NCBI GenBank assembly: GCA_965637545.1
Contig: OZ281495.1
Span: 12,028,001-12,092,000, forward strand
Source: Phallusia mammillata
Taxonomy: Eukaryota
Direction: 5' to 3'
Length of the DNA: 64,000 bases
Positions 26,081-38,900 of the stretch are shown here, in pieces (the stretch's first letter is position 1; the number at the start of each line of letters is the position of its first letter). The translations under genes and the position numbers were made by a program. Below the pieces are notes generated by a model. That model was given only the letters and a program-made list of their open reading frames with translations, searched no databases and had not been told where the DNA came from.

Positions 26081-27588
26081 GGGCGAAACCTCAAGAAAAT
26101 GAATCTCAGAAATTCTAAATTACACCACACCTCCACATGTACACGTGCTTTATGTAAAACCATTTCTTATCTTTCACACATGTTTATTTGTCAAATAAGG
26201 ATTTTTAGTAATATATAAGACACGTGTCCATATCTTGCAGTAATTCGGATATAAAAGGGCCGATTGAAGTTAAATTTCTGTAGCCGTACGTGCACTTTAT
26301 TTTTCCATTATAAGCCATATTTTGACATTTCGCTGGTTTGAATAAGCTTTAACAAATTTAAGAATAATTCGTCTATATTTGATAAATCAACTGGTATTGT
26401 TCAGGCGGGCACCTTGATCCGCTGAAACTATTGATCTCAAGCATTACCTAATCATCCATATGATAAGCATTATTATATTACAGACTATTTCGATTCGGTT
26501 TTTAACCATTTTTTTCTGTTCATTGATCTGCATCTACCAAACGTTTATACAACTTACTATATTTTAGAATTTTCATGTTATTTTCATTTCTTAGCAACAA
26601 TAAATTATTTCCATACCAGAACAAACCGATACTGTGTCATTGTATCAACTCTGTGTCTCTACCCACAGACCGAAAACAACAATTTGGTGTATAAGATATA
26701 GTGTATTGTTTGTACATTAGGCACTATGATAAACTAGAGTCAAAAGAGCAACACAAACCAACTTTAACTGAGATTAATGGCGATGTTCATGGGAAACAAG
26801 TTCAATAAGCAACAAACGTAGGTTTTGACAGACAAACTGTTCGTAGCGGCTTTATGAAAAAATTTTGTCTCGGCCAATTCTACAGATATATATATCGAAC
26901 AATTGCATTTATTTGTACCGTTGCTTTATCAAACCAGACCGTGTAACACATGATCACATACAAGTAGCAAATGTTTTAGCTATTAATCCGCCAATTTATA
27001 ATCACAATTCCGCTGAGTTATAAAGCATCTGCACTTTGTTCGAACAGCCGGAAGCGTACAGGGTACTTGGCAACAACTGAATTGCAACAAATTAAGCATT
27101 TTCCTTTTTGCACAGCCAAAGGTGTTTGGTGCAAAAGGAATAGCTGAGAGAATTTGTTTTGCTTTTTTAATATTGATGTGACTAAACCACCGTAAAGAGG
27201 CCATAAAACGCACTTTGTGGTAACAATGAAATTTGCCGATTTAGGCTTCGTAGGTGGTTAAATAACGAGCTTACCACAATCCATTGCCATTGATTTACAG
27301 AAATTGTCCCAAAACAGCAAAACGACAAGTGCATTGTTACACGACATTACCCAAAATCAATTAAAAATTTTTTTTATGAGCGAGCGATTGGGAACACCTG
27401 TTTTAGGTGCTGTGCAACTTAATATTTCACTTTGACTAATGTGTCGTTATAACAACAAAAATGCTATATGGGCAATTTTACAGTCGGTCAACTTGATTGT
27501 GCTCGAAATACAAGGCAGTTACTACCCAAAAAAGAGATTACATCAAAACATAATTGTACTGCATAGCTGATATACAAACCAATACAAG

Positions 27589-30500
27589 TTAATCAGAACC
27601 CTTGATGTGGTTCTGATGCTTTTTGACGATTGCCAAATATTCGTCTACGTCATCGGGCGAGCCAATAAAGATCGGAACACGCTGGTGGATATGCTCAGGC
27701 TGGACATCTAATACATCACACTGACCAGTAGTGGACTTCCCCCCAGCCTTTTCTATTATGTAAGACATTGGCGCTGCTTCATACAGAAGGCGAAGCTGTG
27801 AAACAATAAATTGTATGTTTAAACTTGTGCTATCTTTTGGCCTATTGTATAAGATTCAGAACTCTTTAGTTTAGGTCAACATATACAGAATAGCTCTTTA
27901 AAAACAAAGCATTTATTTCCGGAACTTGTGTTTTAACAACACACACTTGATACCTAAATATTTGTCTGAGCAGCACAGTAATCAAACTTTTGCATTTTTT
28001 AAATTATAGAATCGTTGTAAACGTTAGTTAAGCAGGTCATGCTTTGGCTAAAGCCAAAAAACGTGAAGGTAATCTGGGTATACAGACGTTTAACACAGTC
28101 ACTAAAATAAGGCTAACCCATTAATACCTGACACAATTTTTTAGATCAATGCACACGGCAATATGTTTGGTATTGGTACTGTGAATGCCAAAGTCGACAA
28201 CAATTTGTAAATGACAGGCCTCTAAGTTCACACAAGACCACACACCATTTAAAAGTTTAAAGAGAAAAAAAACGTTGCTTTTGTTTTTTGAGTTGTACAT
28301 TCCCTTTAAAACATGTGTTTCCTTGTCTGTGCATAAACAAGGTACACCTGTCGGTCCATTAATGTTTATTGAGAATTCTCATAGTGGAATAAACCAGCAG
28401 GCGGAAAGAAACAACTCACCTTTCCGTTTGGACTTTTACTATGCGCAGGATACCCGAAAATTCCTCCATACACTAGTGTGCGATGGACGTCTGCCACCAT
28501 AGATCCGATGTAACGGGCATTGTACGGAGAACTGCCGTCCTGTGGTGAAAAAACGACATTTCAGAGTTTCGCTTGCTGGATTGCAGACTAGCTTCGCATG
28601 TAACTGTGGGTTTGGGCTGTTGTGTAAAACACGTGGACTGGAACGGCGGGTTTTACCATTGACGTGAGGATAGGAATGCCGAACGAAATTTTGTGATAAA
28701 ATCACCTCAAAAAACGGATTGATACGAAAAATGTGGACAAACGGAAAACTGATTTTAAGAATGTGTACACGCAAATTATGTCTATGACAGAAAACAAACA
28801 AACCCAAAAATTTAAAAATCAACTAAAAGAGATTGAAAATTGGCATTAATTTTTATGGTTGTTTAGGTTTGGTAGAGAAACTGTACGTGGTTTGAAAAAA
28901 GGGAAGCACAATAAAAATTACCTGAGGAAACTTTTTTCTGTCAATGTATTCCTTGATTGCCGGGTCCCAAAACTTAGCATAACCTTCATTAATGCTGAAA
29001 ATTTTGCCTTTCTTTTTGATAGTAAGATCCCTTTCAGTTAAAACAAATTCTCCAACACTCTGAAATGTAAATGCAAGGTATCAGAAAAGTCACTGAGTTA
29101 AAAGTATTTTTGAGATTTTATATTTGGATTCAACTTTTAAAAACAAAACATATCCCGATTTAATAACACAAATAAAATAATCATGCAGCAAGAGCATGAA
29201 CATTGTAAACTTTTAAGTCAGCACAAACATTTATCAATAAATCATGCACGCATTACTCATGGAACAATATAGTAGCAGGAAAGGCAATTTGTTTTATTGG
29301 TTAGTAATGGGCTCTTACCGGATCCAACATAAACATATCAAGCGAATATTCTGTAGCTAACACAATAACAGTGGCACTTCCATACAGGGCATAACCAGCT
29401 GCAACCATTTGTCTTCCCTTTTGCAGCACATCCTTGGCAGCTGGTGGTCCATCCCCAGTCTAAAATAATCACTCACATTAGTTGGAACATATAGTATGGA
29501 ATGAATATGTTTCAAGCTGTGTCGTGGGTTGAAACAAGGGAAATAATATTCAGTGGTATATATTTGAACATTATATTATTTCCTCTGGTGTGGGTAATAA
29601 TATCAGATTAAAAGGTTTGCATTAGCAGTTTTAATCAGCTTTGTTTACAGGTTTTTTAATTTAATAAAATTTAAATCACAAAAGTTTTTTTTTTCAGTTT
29701 TGCCACATATACTTAGTTTGCTAACATGTTCCAGACAGTGAAGTATGCTAACATTTTTTGACGAAATAGAAAAAAGGTAAATACAAGGTGCAATGTCTTT
29801 AATATGATGGTGAACATTAAAAACAGGTTTAAAGTAATCTGTTGCTAGTTCAACAAATAAACCAAACTTCATCAATTGGCAACTATAGTTTGTAAATCCC
29901 ATTAAAAAAGTAGCAATGTACAATGCAGAAATAACATATCACAGATAATACAGTATATACTGTGAAACAACATTACCACTTTATAGCTTACTTTTTTGTA
30001 GATTCCAAAAATTGTCCCAATTGACACAAGGCAGTCAATGTTGGAGGATCCATCAAGGGGGTCAAATGTCACAATGTATTTCCCCTTGGAAATAACATGT
30101 AATGTTAAGTACTCACAATCACCATATGACTGTACAAATGGATGTGCAAACAAAATACAATTTGGAAAAAAATCATTGTCAGCAGATACTGTTGATCTTG
30201 GCAGAAATAAAATGAATGTAAGGGCACACAGTGTACATTGCAGAGCAAGTTTCCTGCCACTTGAAATGGGTATGTCACACAAAACAACCTGTTAAACCAA
30301 TGTACATCATAGCTGCTAAAAAATTGCACAGTCATACTTGCTTTTCTGTTTCCACTACAATGACTTCTTCATTTTCCTCTGACACCATAAGGCATGTAGT
30401 AAAAGATGCACGAATCAAGTTGATGAATACAAGGTTTGATATGACATCCAACTTTTTCTGTTCATCACCAGTTGTGTTTGTGGACCCAGCAATTCCGTAC

Positions 30501-30802
30501 CTTGTGAAATTGAATAATAATTATAAGTACTAGAAAAAAACTTTTAAATGACAACAATGACAAGATTTCAGTTGCCAACTAAGCAAATCTATTGGCACCT
30601 AATTTTCACTAATTAAACACAGTACTTACAAGTTCATAATTCCTGCTCTTCGTACATTAGTAGCAATTGACTTGATAGCTGTGCAAATTGCATTTAATAG
30701 CTGGGTTAGTTCACCGGTTGCTGAACCACACTGGCGGCCTCTTTCAGTGATAAACCTTGTCAGGGTGCAAATATCTCCTTGCGCAATGTTATCCAAAGAC
30801 AT
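27589..30802 (-). CDS. FBP1: Fructose-1,6-bisphosphatase (class I)
   Basis: Exons (minus) 30630-30802, 30338-30500, 29992-30084, 29319-29459, 28922-29059, 28420-28539, 27589-27795. Motifs [68 protein letters not shown]. Confidence 0.97.
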
Positions 30803-30889
30803 GTTGTTTGAGCACTAAATTATGCTACAAAAATATTTGGTTCTCTGAAAACATTAAGACACAACTTAGGTGGTAAAACAATATCCACC

Positions 30890-31873
30890 TTATAGTGGTT
30901 TTACATATTTTGCTTGCACCCAAACACGATACATTTTTAACTGTCTGGCACGATTTACTTGCAATCTCCTATCAACGATATTCTGGTTTTCTACCAGACC
31001 AGCACTGGTAAAAATGTCTCTTACTTCATCTTGAGTAAAAAAATAAACCAAGGTACCATCACCTCTGGTATAAAAGTTTTCAGACAAACAACGATTTTTC
31101 TTGAAACGCAACTGTGCCATATCATAGCGGCCATAATCCCTAAACAAGAGCTTTCCACCAGGTTTTAGAAGCTGAACAATTCTATGCACTGCAGCCTTCA
31201 TTTTGTCAAATTCCAATGCTGACAGCACAAAAATCATCACAATTATATCTAACGACTGTTCAGGAAAAGGAAACTTTGCATCACTAGTTATGTCATGTGC
31301 AAACACATGGCAACGACTATCATCAAAATCTCTATGCGATTTTATAATGTCAACAGCAGTTGAGGAATAGTCACAACCATACACAAACAATTCATTAGAT
31401 GTGTTAACTTGCAACAAGGGAAAAATGGTGTTGCCTGCTCCACAGCCAATTTCTAATACACAAGACTGTTTAGAGCTTCCTGGAAAATGCAATCCATCAC
31501 TCTTGTTGGAACAAGGTACATGCCCCTCATCATCATTATGACTACATTCAGCAGTATCATCTACACTGCTGGCACTTTTGGAGGTAATGCTTAGCAACTC
31601 TGGGAATTCGGTAAACAACCAATGACGGTCTTTAAAAAACTTGTTATTGTGTTTTTCATAAAACTTATCCCAGTTGGATGAAGCATTGTTAAGAAGGTTG
31701 TCTTTTTCATCTTCGGGCAGTGGTTCACATGAGTGACCTTGTGTGATTTTTCTGGCCTCTGTATCTTGCTCTTTGGTCCATTCCACATTGTCCCATGCAT
31801 TATGCTGAAAAACGTTGTCAGTTTCAGATAGAAACCTGTTTCCAAACACTGGTCGCTTTGCTTCTTCATCCAT
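30890..31873 (-). CDS. METTL2: tRNA N3-methylcytidine methyltransferase METTL2, single exon, 327 aa
   Basis: Uninterrupted ORF: FGNRFL...VFQHNAWDNVEW, FFKDRHWLFTEFPEL, SAM motif LEIGCGAGN, FRDYGRYDMAQLRF, RGDGTLVYFF, VDRRLQVNR. Confidence 0.96.
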   Translation of the reverse strand: MDEEAKRPVFGNRFLSETDNVFQHNAWDNVEWTKEQDTEARKITQGHSCEPLPEDEKDNLLNNASSNWDKFYEKHNNKFFKDRHWLFTEFPELLSITSKSASSVDDTAECSHNDDEGHVPCSNKSDGLHFPGSSKQSCVLEIGCGAGNTIFPLLQVNTSNELFVYGCDYSSTAVDIIKSHRDFDDSRCHVFAHDITSDAKFPFPEQSLDIIVMIFVLSALEFDKMKAAVHRIVQLLKPGGKLLFRDYGRYDMAQLRFKKNRCLSENFYTRGDGTLVYFFTQDEVRDIFTSAGLVENQNIVDRRLQVNRARQLKMYRVWVQAKYVKPL

Positions 31874-32195
31874 GTTAATTACGTTTCTTAATTACATTAC
31901 AAAAATGTTACAGGACAGCTAGTTTTGTGGCCTAATCAAATTGAACACATATATTTATATATATATTGATAACACCAATTTAAATATTTTATAACAAACC
32001 TGTTAAGAATCTTTCTGCTTTTAACTGAATGATTTGCTCTCGTTGCAATGACATTTAAGGCATGCTAAAAAATGCCTGATTTGTACATGTGCTATTGCTA
32101 GTTTGCTACCAAACAAGAACTACTCAACAAACAAAGACACGAACAAATTTCGGTTGGACAACTAACACATAGTATACCAGCCATCCCGAGTTTCG

Positions 32196-32305
32196 ACAAC
32201 GCATCTAAACAAGATAGCTATGGAGTACAGATTACAGTGCATGTTACAAGTTACAACGCATCTAAACCAGATAGCTTTGGAGTACAGGGACTACAGTCAG
32301 ATTAC
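32196..32305. repeat. ~57-bp-period local tandem duplication
   Basis: ACAACGCATCTAAACMAGATAGCTWTGGAGTACAG at 32196 and 32253, each followed by an ATTACAGTGCA-like tail. Confidence 0.8.
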
Positions 32306-32570
32306 AGTGCATTTTATAACAGTTACTATTTTTGCTGACGCATTATTACAGGTTACAGTGACATATTTTCCAGTTCCCTGCATAAGCCGACAGCCCAGTG
32401 GTTGTCACGCTATTCACGCACAAAATAAATGTGTTCAATATTCACGATCCACCGGGAATCAAAACAACGTGACGCTAGTCAGCGAAGCAAGGCTAACGGG
32501 ACTGGCCAAATGAAAAGAAATATTCCCGCAGGCACCAGCTACGTGTTAACGTGACCGGCTTTTCGTGCAT

Positions 32571-32612
32571 CTGATTGGTTGACACCGGACACACCTTTTC
32601 TTGTGCACCAAT
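32571..32612. promoter_or_regulatory. Two CCAAT boxes, possible promoter of METTL2(-FBP)
   Basis: CTGATTGGTT (32571-32580) and CCAAT (32608-32612) in a relatively GC-rich patch ~700 bp upstream of the METTL2 ATG. Motif-only evidence. Confidence 0.3.
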
Positions 32613-32967
32613 CGTAAGCTTGGTTGCAGTTAAGTTGCCGGCCAAAGCAAACACATCTTATCACATCAGCAAGTAAAAGTGTTTTCCAACCATTTAATGC
32701 ATCAGACTATATTATTCCAAGCGCAAAAAGTCTCCACCGCCGTCGTTGTTAAAATGTGTGTTGCGGCACCTGTTCGCGCCATTTAAATTTTCTTGGTACG
32801 TTGCACAGTATTTATTATCCTGGTTATTCAGCGTCACAACTAACACCAGTTTCACCTAATGTTATATCGCATCAACACAAGTTTAAGAAGTACTGCGCTT
32901 AAAAGCAAACTGTTTTACCCACAGCGGACTATCTTTTATTGAACGAAATTTCATTTTTTAGTAGCAA

Positions 32968-35900
32968 TCAGTGGTCAGCAATTTCAACTTGAATACCATG
33001 CTCCTGATGAATACGTTTTAGCTGTTCCTCGTAAACTACAGTCTGTTGGACAGTTTTTTCGTAGTTGTAGCGAATGTCATCCATTTCCGAAACGACATAT
33101 TCGTCAAAGTAGCGCAACTTCACTTGCAGTTTTGCATTTTCTTCCAACAATTTCAAGTTTTCTCGATCTATTTCTGCACAGGCGACACATTCCTGCAAAA
33201 ACGACAACAAGACATAATTTGGAGATTACCAACTATGCTTTTAACCAGCAGAGCATAAAATTGCTATTTATGTTTGGCAAATCCGGGTAGCATGAGTGGA
33301 GCTGGAGGAATAAGGTATCTCGCCTATTACTCCTAATGAAAACGAAGATCTATTACGTTCAACGTAATACGGCGAAAAATAATATTTATATTAAACTAAA
33401 ATAATATTTAAGTTTGAACTTAGGCCTACCTCTTTTTAAATCATTAGCCTACCTAAAATCAGGGTGTTAGCATACTTATGTGTTTTAATATTCCTTTCAT
33501 ACTATGAAATTGGGGAAAGTTTTTTTTTTGAAAGTATTGTTATTTTGTTTGAAATTGGGGAAAGTTTTTTTGAAAGTATTGTTCTTTTCGAAGCCTATAC
33601 AGCGGTTCTCAATGTGGGATTCGCAATGCAATCATTCTACAATCCTAATTGAATTACTTCGATCTGGGGAAAGGAAGGTAAGAGAACTAGTCGTGGTATA
33701 CAAACACAACTTTCGTCATGCTCCATTGCACAGTCTACCTGGGCTGAACCGGAATGTTGATTTTCATTGTGTTTGTGAGGTTGAAACGATTTCATCTTTT
33801 GTTCCAAGGATGATATCGTGGCATGAGATTCACGAACTTTTTCCTCCAAATCCAAATTTATCAAACTGCCAAACGTAGATGCATAAGATGAAAAAAAATG
33901 GACTCAAACAATTCAACAAAATATGCAATATGAGTAAAGATAAAAGAATATTACTGGCAGTCGTTGCTTTTTAAAGTGTAAACGTTGTATTCTGTTACGA
34001 AACCAAGACTTATTAGTCAAGTCAAGCCTTTTTAATAGATGTATTTTAACAATTTATATGGCATAGAGATCATACCGCATTTCTTCCAATTTTTCCACCA
34101 GTGGTTCTAGTTTTTCTTCTGTCCGCAAAAGTTTCTCCTTCAGCTTTGCGATCTGGAAAAGGTGCAAACCCACGTTTTGTTACAGAATTGTTTAACGAAA
34201 TGTCCTATGTTGATTAAAGTGAAGTAAATTTATCTGTGAGACAGCACTTTTATAATCATCTATTTGTTTAATTGATGCAGGTAAAACGTTGTCCAATTCT
34301 GAATGAAAGCTATACTGTACTTAAAGTTCGTCAAAACTGACGATCTTTATTCACTGTTAATATTGTGTTTGTGGATATGAATCACTTATTTGTTTTTATG
34401 CTTTTGAACAAGGCAGCGTGTCAGAAGACATCAAGTAATGACTTTTTTACTTCTTTTCTTAGGTCTCGATTTTCTTCCAGCAATTCAACCTTTTGTTCTG
34501 AGTCGTTTTCATCTCCAGACGTGTATCGATGAGAAGTCCTGAATGATAAGACGGAAGGTTCCTAACTGATTTATGCACAAAACTAAAATTAAACAGAAAT
34601 GGAACTTTTAAACATGTAGGACATAGCATACAGTTAGTTAGGTTGTACTCACGTAAATATTTCTTCGGTTGTAACTTTAACCGTTACACTTTCAACTTCA
34701 ACTTTGTCCTAGAAATTATAACACAGTAAAGTCGCAAGGATTTAACTGCAACGCATGTGAAAATACTTAAAAAGCAGACATTTAGATTGAAACAGATTGA
34801 CTTAAATGTTGCTCACTGAAAAAAAATAACGACAAAATTATCAAAACAGTGTTTTTTGCTGTACGTGCTGAAAAAGTAATATACTTTACTGACAAGATAA
34901 AAGCAGTAACAATTAATGATTTTAAAAATGCCTATTAACAGCGCTAATTTTTTACACATCCGCTCTTACCTCAATATTTGCAACAGGAATACCGACAATT
35001 TTCTGCATGTTATCAATTTCCATTTTATGTTGAATTTCACTTGATTTTATTCTTTGTTTTAGTTGATCAAGTTCTGTCTGCAAATGAAATATAACTTCAG
35101 TGTTCTTCATAGAATTTAGCACATTTTAGGTCTGGATCGAGTTACCTGCAAAGCAGCGCATTTTTCTTTAAGTTGATTTTCAGTTTCAGTAAAGCCTTCA
35201 AGCTGTTGTAGCTTCGTTTTCAGCTTTGTACGCTCCGCCTCTAATGAACTGCATTTCTTTTCCAACCTCTACAAATATTTTATAGTACACAGTGTTAATA
35301 AAATTCCACAACTTTGGAAAAAGAGAAATGAGGTAAGAAGAGTTTGTGTGGATTTGATAAAAAACATACAGCTTCGTAAAATGAGCTTTACTACCAGGCA
35401 AACAGCGCATGTTACCACGAGACAATAGCATCGATTACGGAAAGGTTGTGCACATAATGTAATAAGCATTTAAAAATTGCATTTAATAAACAAAGATTTT
35501 GAACAAACACGAAATAATGTTTACTTATGGAATGAAGTACTTTGTTAAAAGTAATTAAATTGTAAATATACTATGCTATTATAAAGGTACCTCTTGCGCA
35601 ACTTCCAGTTCGACGAGGCAATTTTTCTTCTCTTTGTACCTTACGCGCAAACGAAACAGTTTTCCATTCAACTTCTCATTTACTTCCTAAAATCCTCATG
35701 TTAAACATATTGTAATGTATGTTATATAAATGTCTTTCTATGACTTTTTTCGCCACTACCTTCTCACCTTTATATAAGCAATATCACCATCGTCCTTCGA
35801 ATTGTCATCTGCAATAAAAATCTCAATAATTAATAATGACGTCTTTAGTTGTATCATTTTGTTCATACTCTTTTTTAAAGAGGCTATCTAGTCTACATTA

Positions 35901-38900
35901 TGTTTCTATTTGAATTATTCATTTATTCAGCTTACCCGAATTGGAGGATTCAGCTGAAGCTTCAACGGTATTAGGAGAATCAGATCTAAACACGTTTAAA
36001 ATTAAGTTTATGTTAGTTAGTACAGTATTTAGATATTGTTGCTTGACACTTGACAAACCTGTGAACGTTCTTGTTTGGCGTTACCCTCTGTTCAAATAAG
36101 TCGACCTGCAAACAAAAAAGGCATTTGAAGAGCGAAAATTTTATCCCTTGTGTTAAAAACATAAATATGTAGCGCAAAAACAAACAGTATATACTATAAT
36201 TGTGTTATAAAAAAGTTGGTAATTGATTGAAAGGCCTTGTAAACGCGAATATAATCACAATGTAACCGCAAATTGATTTGGAAAAACTTTTACCTGTTTG
36301 TTGAAACTTGGGTCCGTCTTATCTTGTAATAGCTCGTCACTTTCAGGGCTTTTCGATTTCTCTAGCTCCAGAATGGCCTTGTGCAAATCCGTTTCCAGTT
36401 GTTTACATTGCAAGGCAAGACCTGTATTTTCAGTCTCCAACTCTTTAATCTTGATAATTTGTTGCCTGTTTTCTTCCATGGCCGCCCCAAGAGCTGCCTC
36501 ACGCTCTTCGTTGGATTTCAGGAGTCTACGATACTGATTAAATTAAATTCCAAATTCGATATTTATTAAACATCGCACCGTTCATAAAATCCGGGTTGGC
36601 GTAAGTGAAAAATATACAAAAGATAGTTGTTTACTGCTTAGAAGTGTATTAGTACAATTTTGAATTTTATGTGAATTTTTTTTAAGTCAGGTTATATACC
36701 AAAGCTAAATACCTTTTGTTTTCGTTCTCAAGCTTTGCCGTTTTGTCGTTAAGGAATATAATTGTTGTTTTGTCGGTGTTCAGTTCCTCGGACGTGGAGT
36801 CCAACTTGTCTTGTAGTTTCGATATTTCACATTCAAAGCGTTCCTTGGCAAGTTCGAGTTCTTTTGAAACTGCATCAGATTCTTGTTTCAACCTGCTTTG
36901 GTTCAATTCGTTATTGATAAAAAACATTGAGTACTCTTTTACAACCGTGTTGAAGATAAAGCTGCTGCGAGTTCAACATCTTTTGATATCGTTTTAACAT
37001 TTAAGAGCTATCGACAGGCAAAATCGTCAACTGAGCAATATTAGCATTTTCGTTTCGGAAGAACAAATACTAAACCAAGTATTAAAACCAATTCGAAAAT
37101 TCAAAGACGGGGTGGGCTCGAAAAGCTCGAAAGCTAAAAGCCACGGAGTAGTGATGTAAGGTTTTCGTAGAAACAGAAGACTTTCAAGTTGCAGGGCAAA
37201 AGACTCTATATTTATAAATTACTCATTGAACTTGTGAACTTACCTTTCGACTTCAGAGATATTTTCGTCGTGTTGATGTGTTACGTTCTCAATTTCGAGT
37301 TGCAGAGATTTCACCTGATCTTCTGAAGAATGCAACTCAGACTCCAGTTTATTTTCGTTACTGCGTAATTGATCAACCTCGGCCTGAGTGAAAATCTTTT
37401 TAGTGCAGTAAATCTCGGTTAAACCGGGTTCGGCCAATCCGGATCTTCCTATATTTCTGACAAAACTTGAGGTACAAATGGTTTTAAACGTGATAAGGCT
37501 TGAACTAATCGACATCGGTTAATCCGGATCTTGGTCCATTACGGACATTTTTTGGTCAAAACGGGTCCGGATTAACCGAGGTTTACTCTATGTTTAAGTA
37601 AGCACCTTTGTCTTTTCAAACTTTAGAACAAGACTTTGATGGGATTTCGAGAGCTGTTCAAATTGTTGATGTTCCACTACAACTCTATGAATTTCGGATG
37701 TGATCCAAGTTGTCGTGGTTCTGCAAACAAATGAAAAGTTTAAAATTAGATTGAGATTAGTTTACATTCTTTGAACAAAAAACAACAGCAAATTTTGTGT
37801 CATACATTAACAACATACAGCCCATATTCGATTAAAAATTTTAGTTGAGATCAAGCATTAACTTACATGCAACTTTCAATCTCTGTTACCAATACTTTCC
37901 ATTCATTCTCTTCCAAACGCAAAAATTCCTTAACATTTTCCTCGGACGTTGTTTCAAGTCTATGCGTGAAACAGTATACAAGTCGTATATGTTGGTATTC
38001 TTGTTATATTTAAATGTGGTACCTTTGTTGAGTAGAGGAAAGACGCTCTTGTGCGGTTTTAAGCTGTAGAGTCAGACGTTCTTCTGCTTCCTGTCGCTCT
38101 TTTAGTCTTTCTTCAAGTCTGGTCACTGCTTTCTACTCAAAAGGTAAAATTAATTGGGAAGCAACTTAGATGGAATTATTTACTTTTGACATACCTGGTC
38201 GTTCTGCAGAATCTTTACTAAATTGGCTTTGTTTTCTTCCTCAAGTTGTCGTACTGCGGTTCTGCATTTTATCGCAGTAAAATAACCGTTAGATTATTTT
38301 GTCTGAGTATAAAACAATTTCGACACAAGCTTTCGAAACATTGATTCATGAAAAACACATTTTAATACTGGTAGTTAAACATTGTTGTAAGCTGGGTATG
38401 TAAGGCTTTGTAATGATCTGGCGAAAAATCTAAAAACGTAACCAATGCAATTGGAAAAGTCTGTAAGATACTGATTATGTAGAAAACATTGGAATGACGC
38501 TTTACAGCAATAATGAACGGTGAAGTTGTTCATTTGCATGTAATGCGGTAATTAAATGTTTTTCAATGAAATTGAAAATGTTACCTGTGGACATCTATTT
38601 TAGCTTTGTAATCTTCCACCAACGACAGGTTGATTTGCGACAGATTTTGAATTTCCAATTTAAGATTCTCAATTTGCTCCAAGTAGGTGGCTTTATCCAC
38701 ATAGTGACTGTCATTTAAATACATTACAAAACGACATAGTTATTTTTTGTAATTCATTATAAAACTTGAAAGAAAGAATCTACGATATTTCGTCTTACCT
38801 TTCACGAATTGATTTGGATTCCTTTATTTCTTGACTCAGTTTCTCCGTAATTTGGGTTTCTTTTTGAAGTGCTTGTTGGAGTTTAATTTCCAAGTTTTCA

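Noticed and set aside
26760-27300. Short ORFs between the convergent CTSH and FBP 3' ends
   Set aside because: No motif and no splice pattern; consistent with UTR/intergenic sequence.
28545-28720. Relatively GC-rich stretch in an FBP intron (ORF 28439-28822; possible snoRNA)
   Set aside because: No convincing C/D or H/ACA boxes or stems by eye; the ORF has no recognisable motif.
35901-35920. TTCTATTTGAAT, resembling the ascidian spliced leader ATTCTATTTGAATAAG
   Set aside because: Only 12 of 16 nt match, no following GT donor or Sm site, and the context is AT-rich intron; likely chance.
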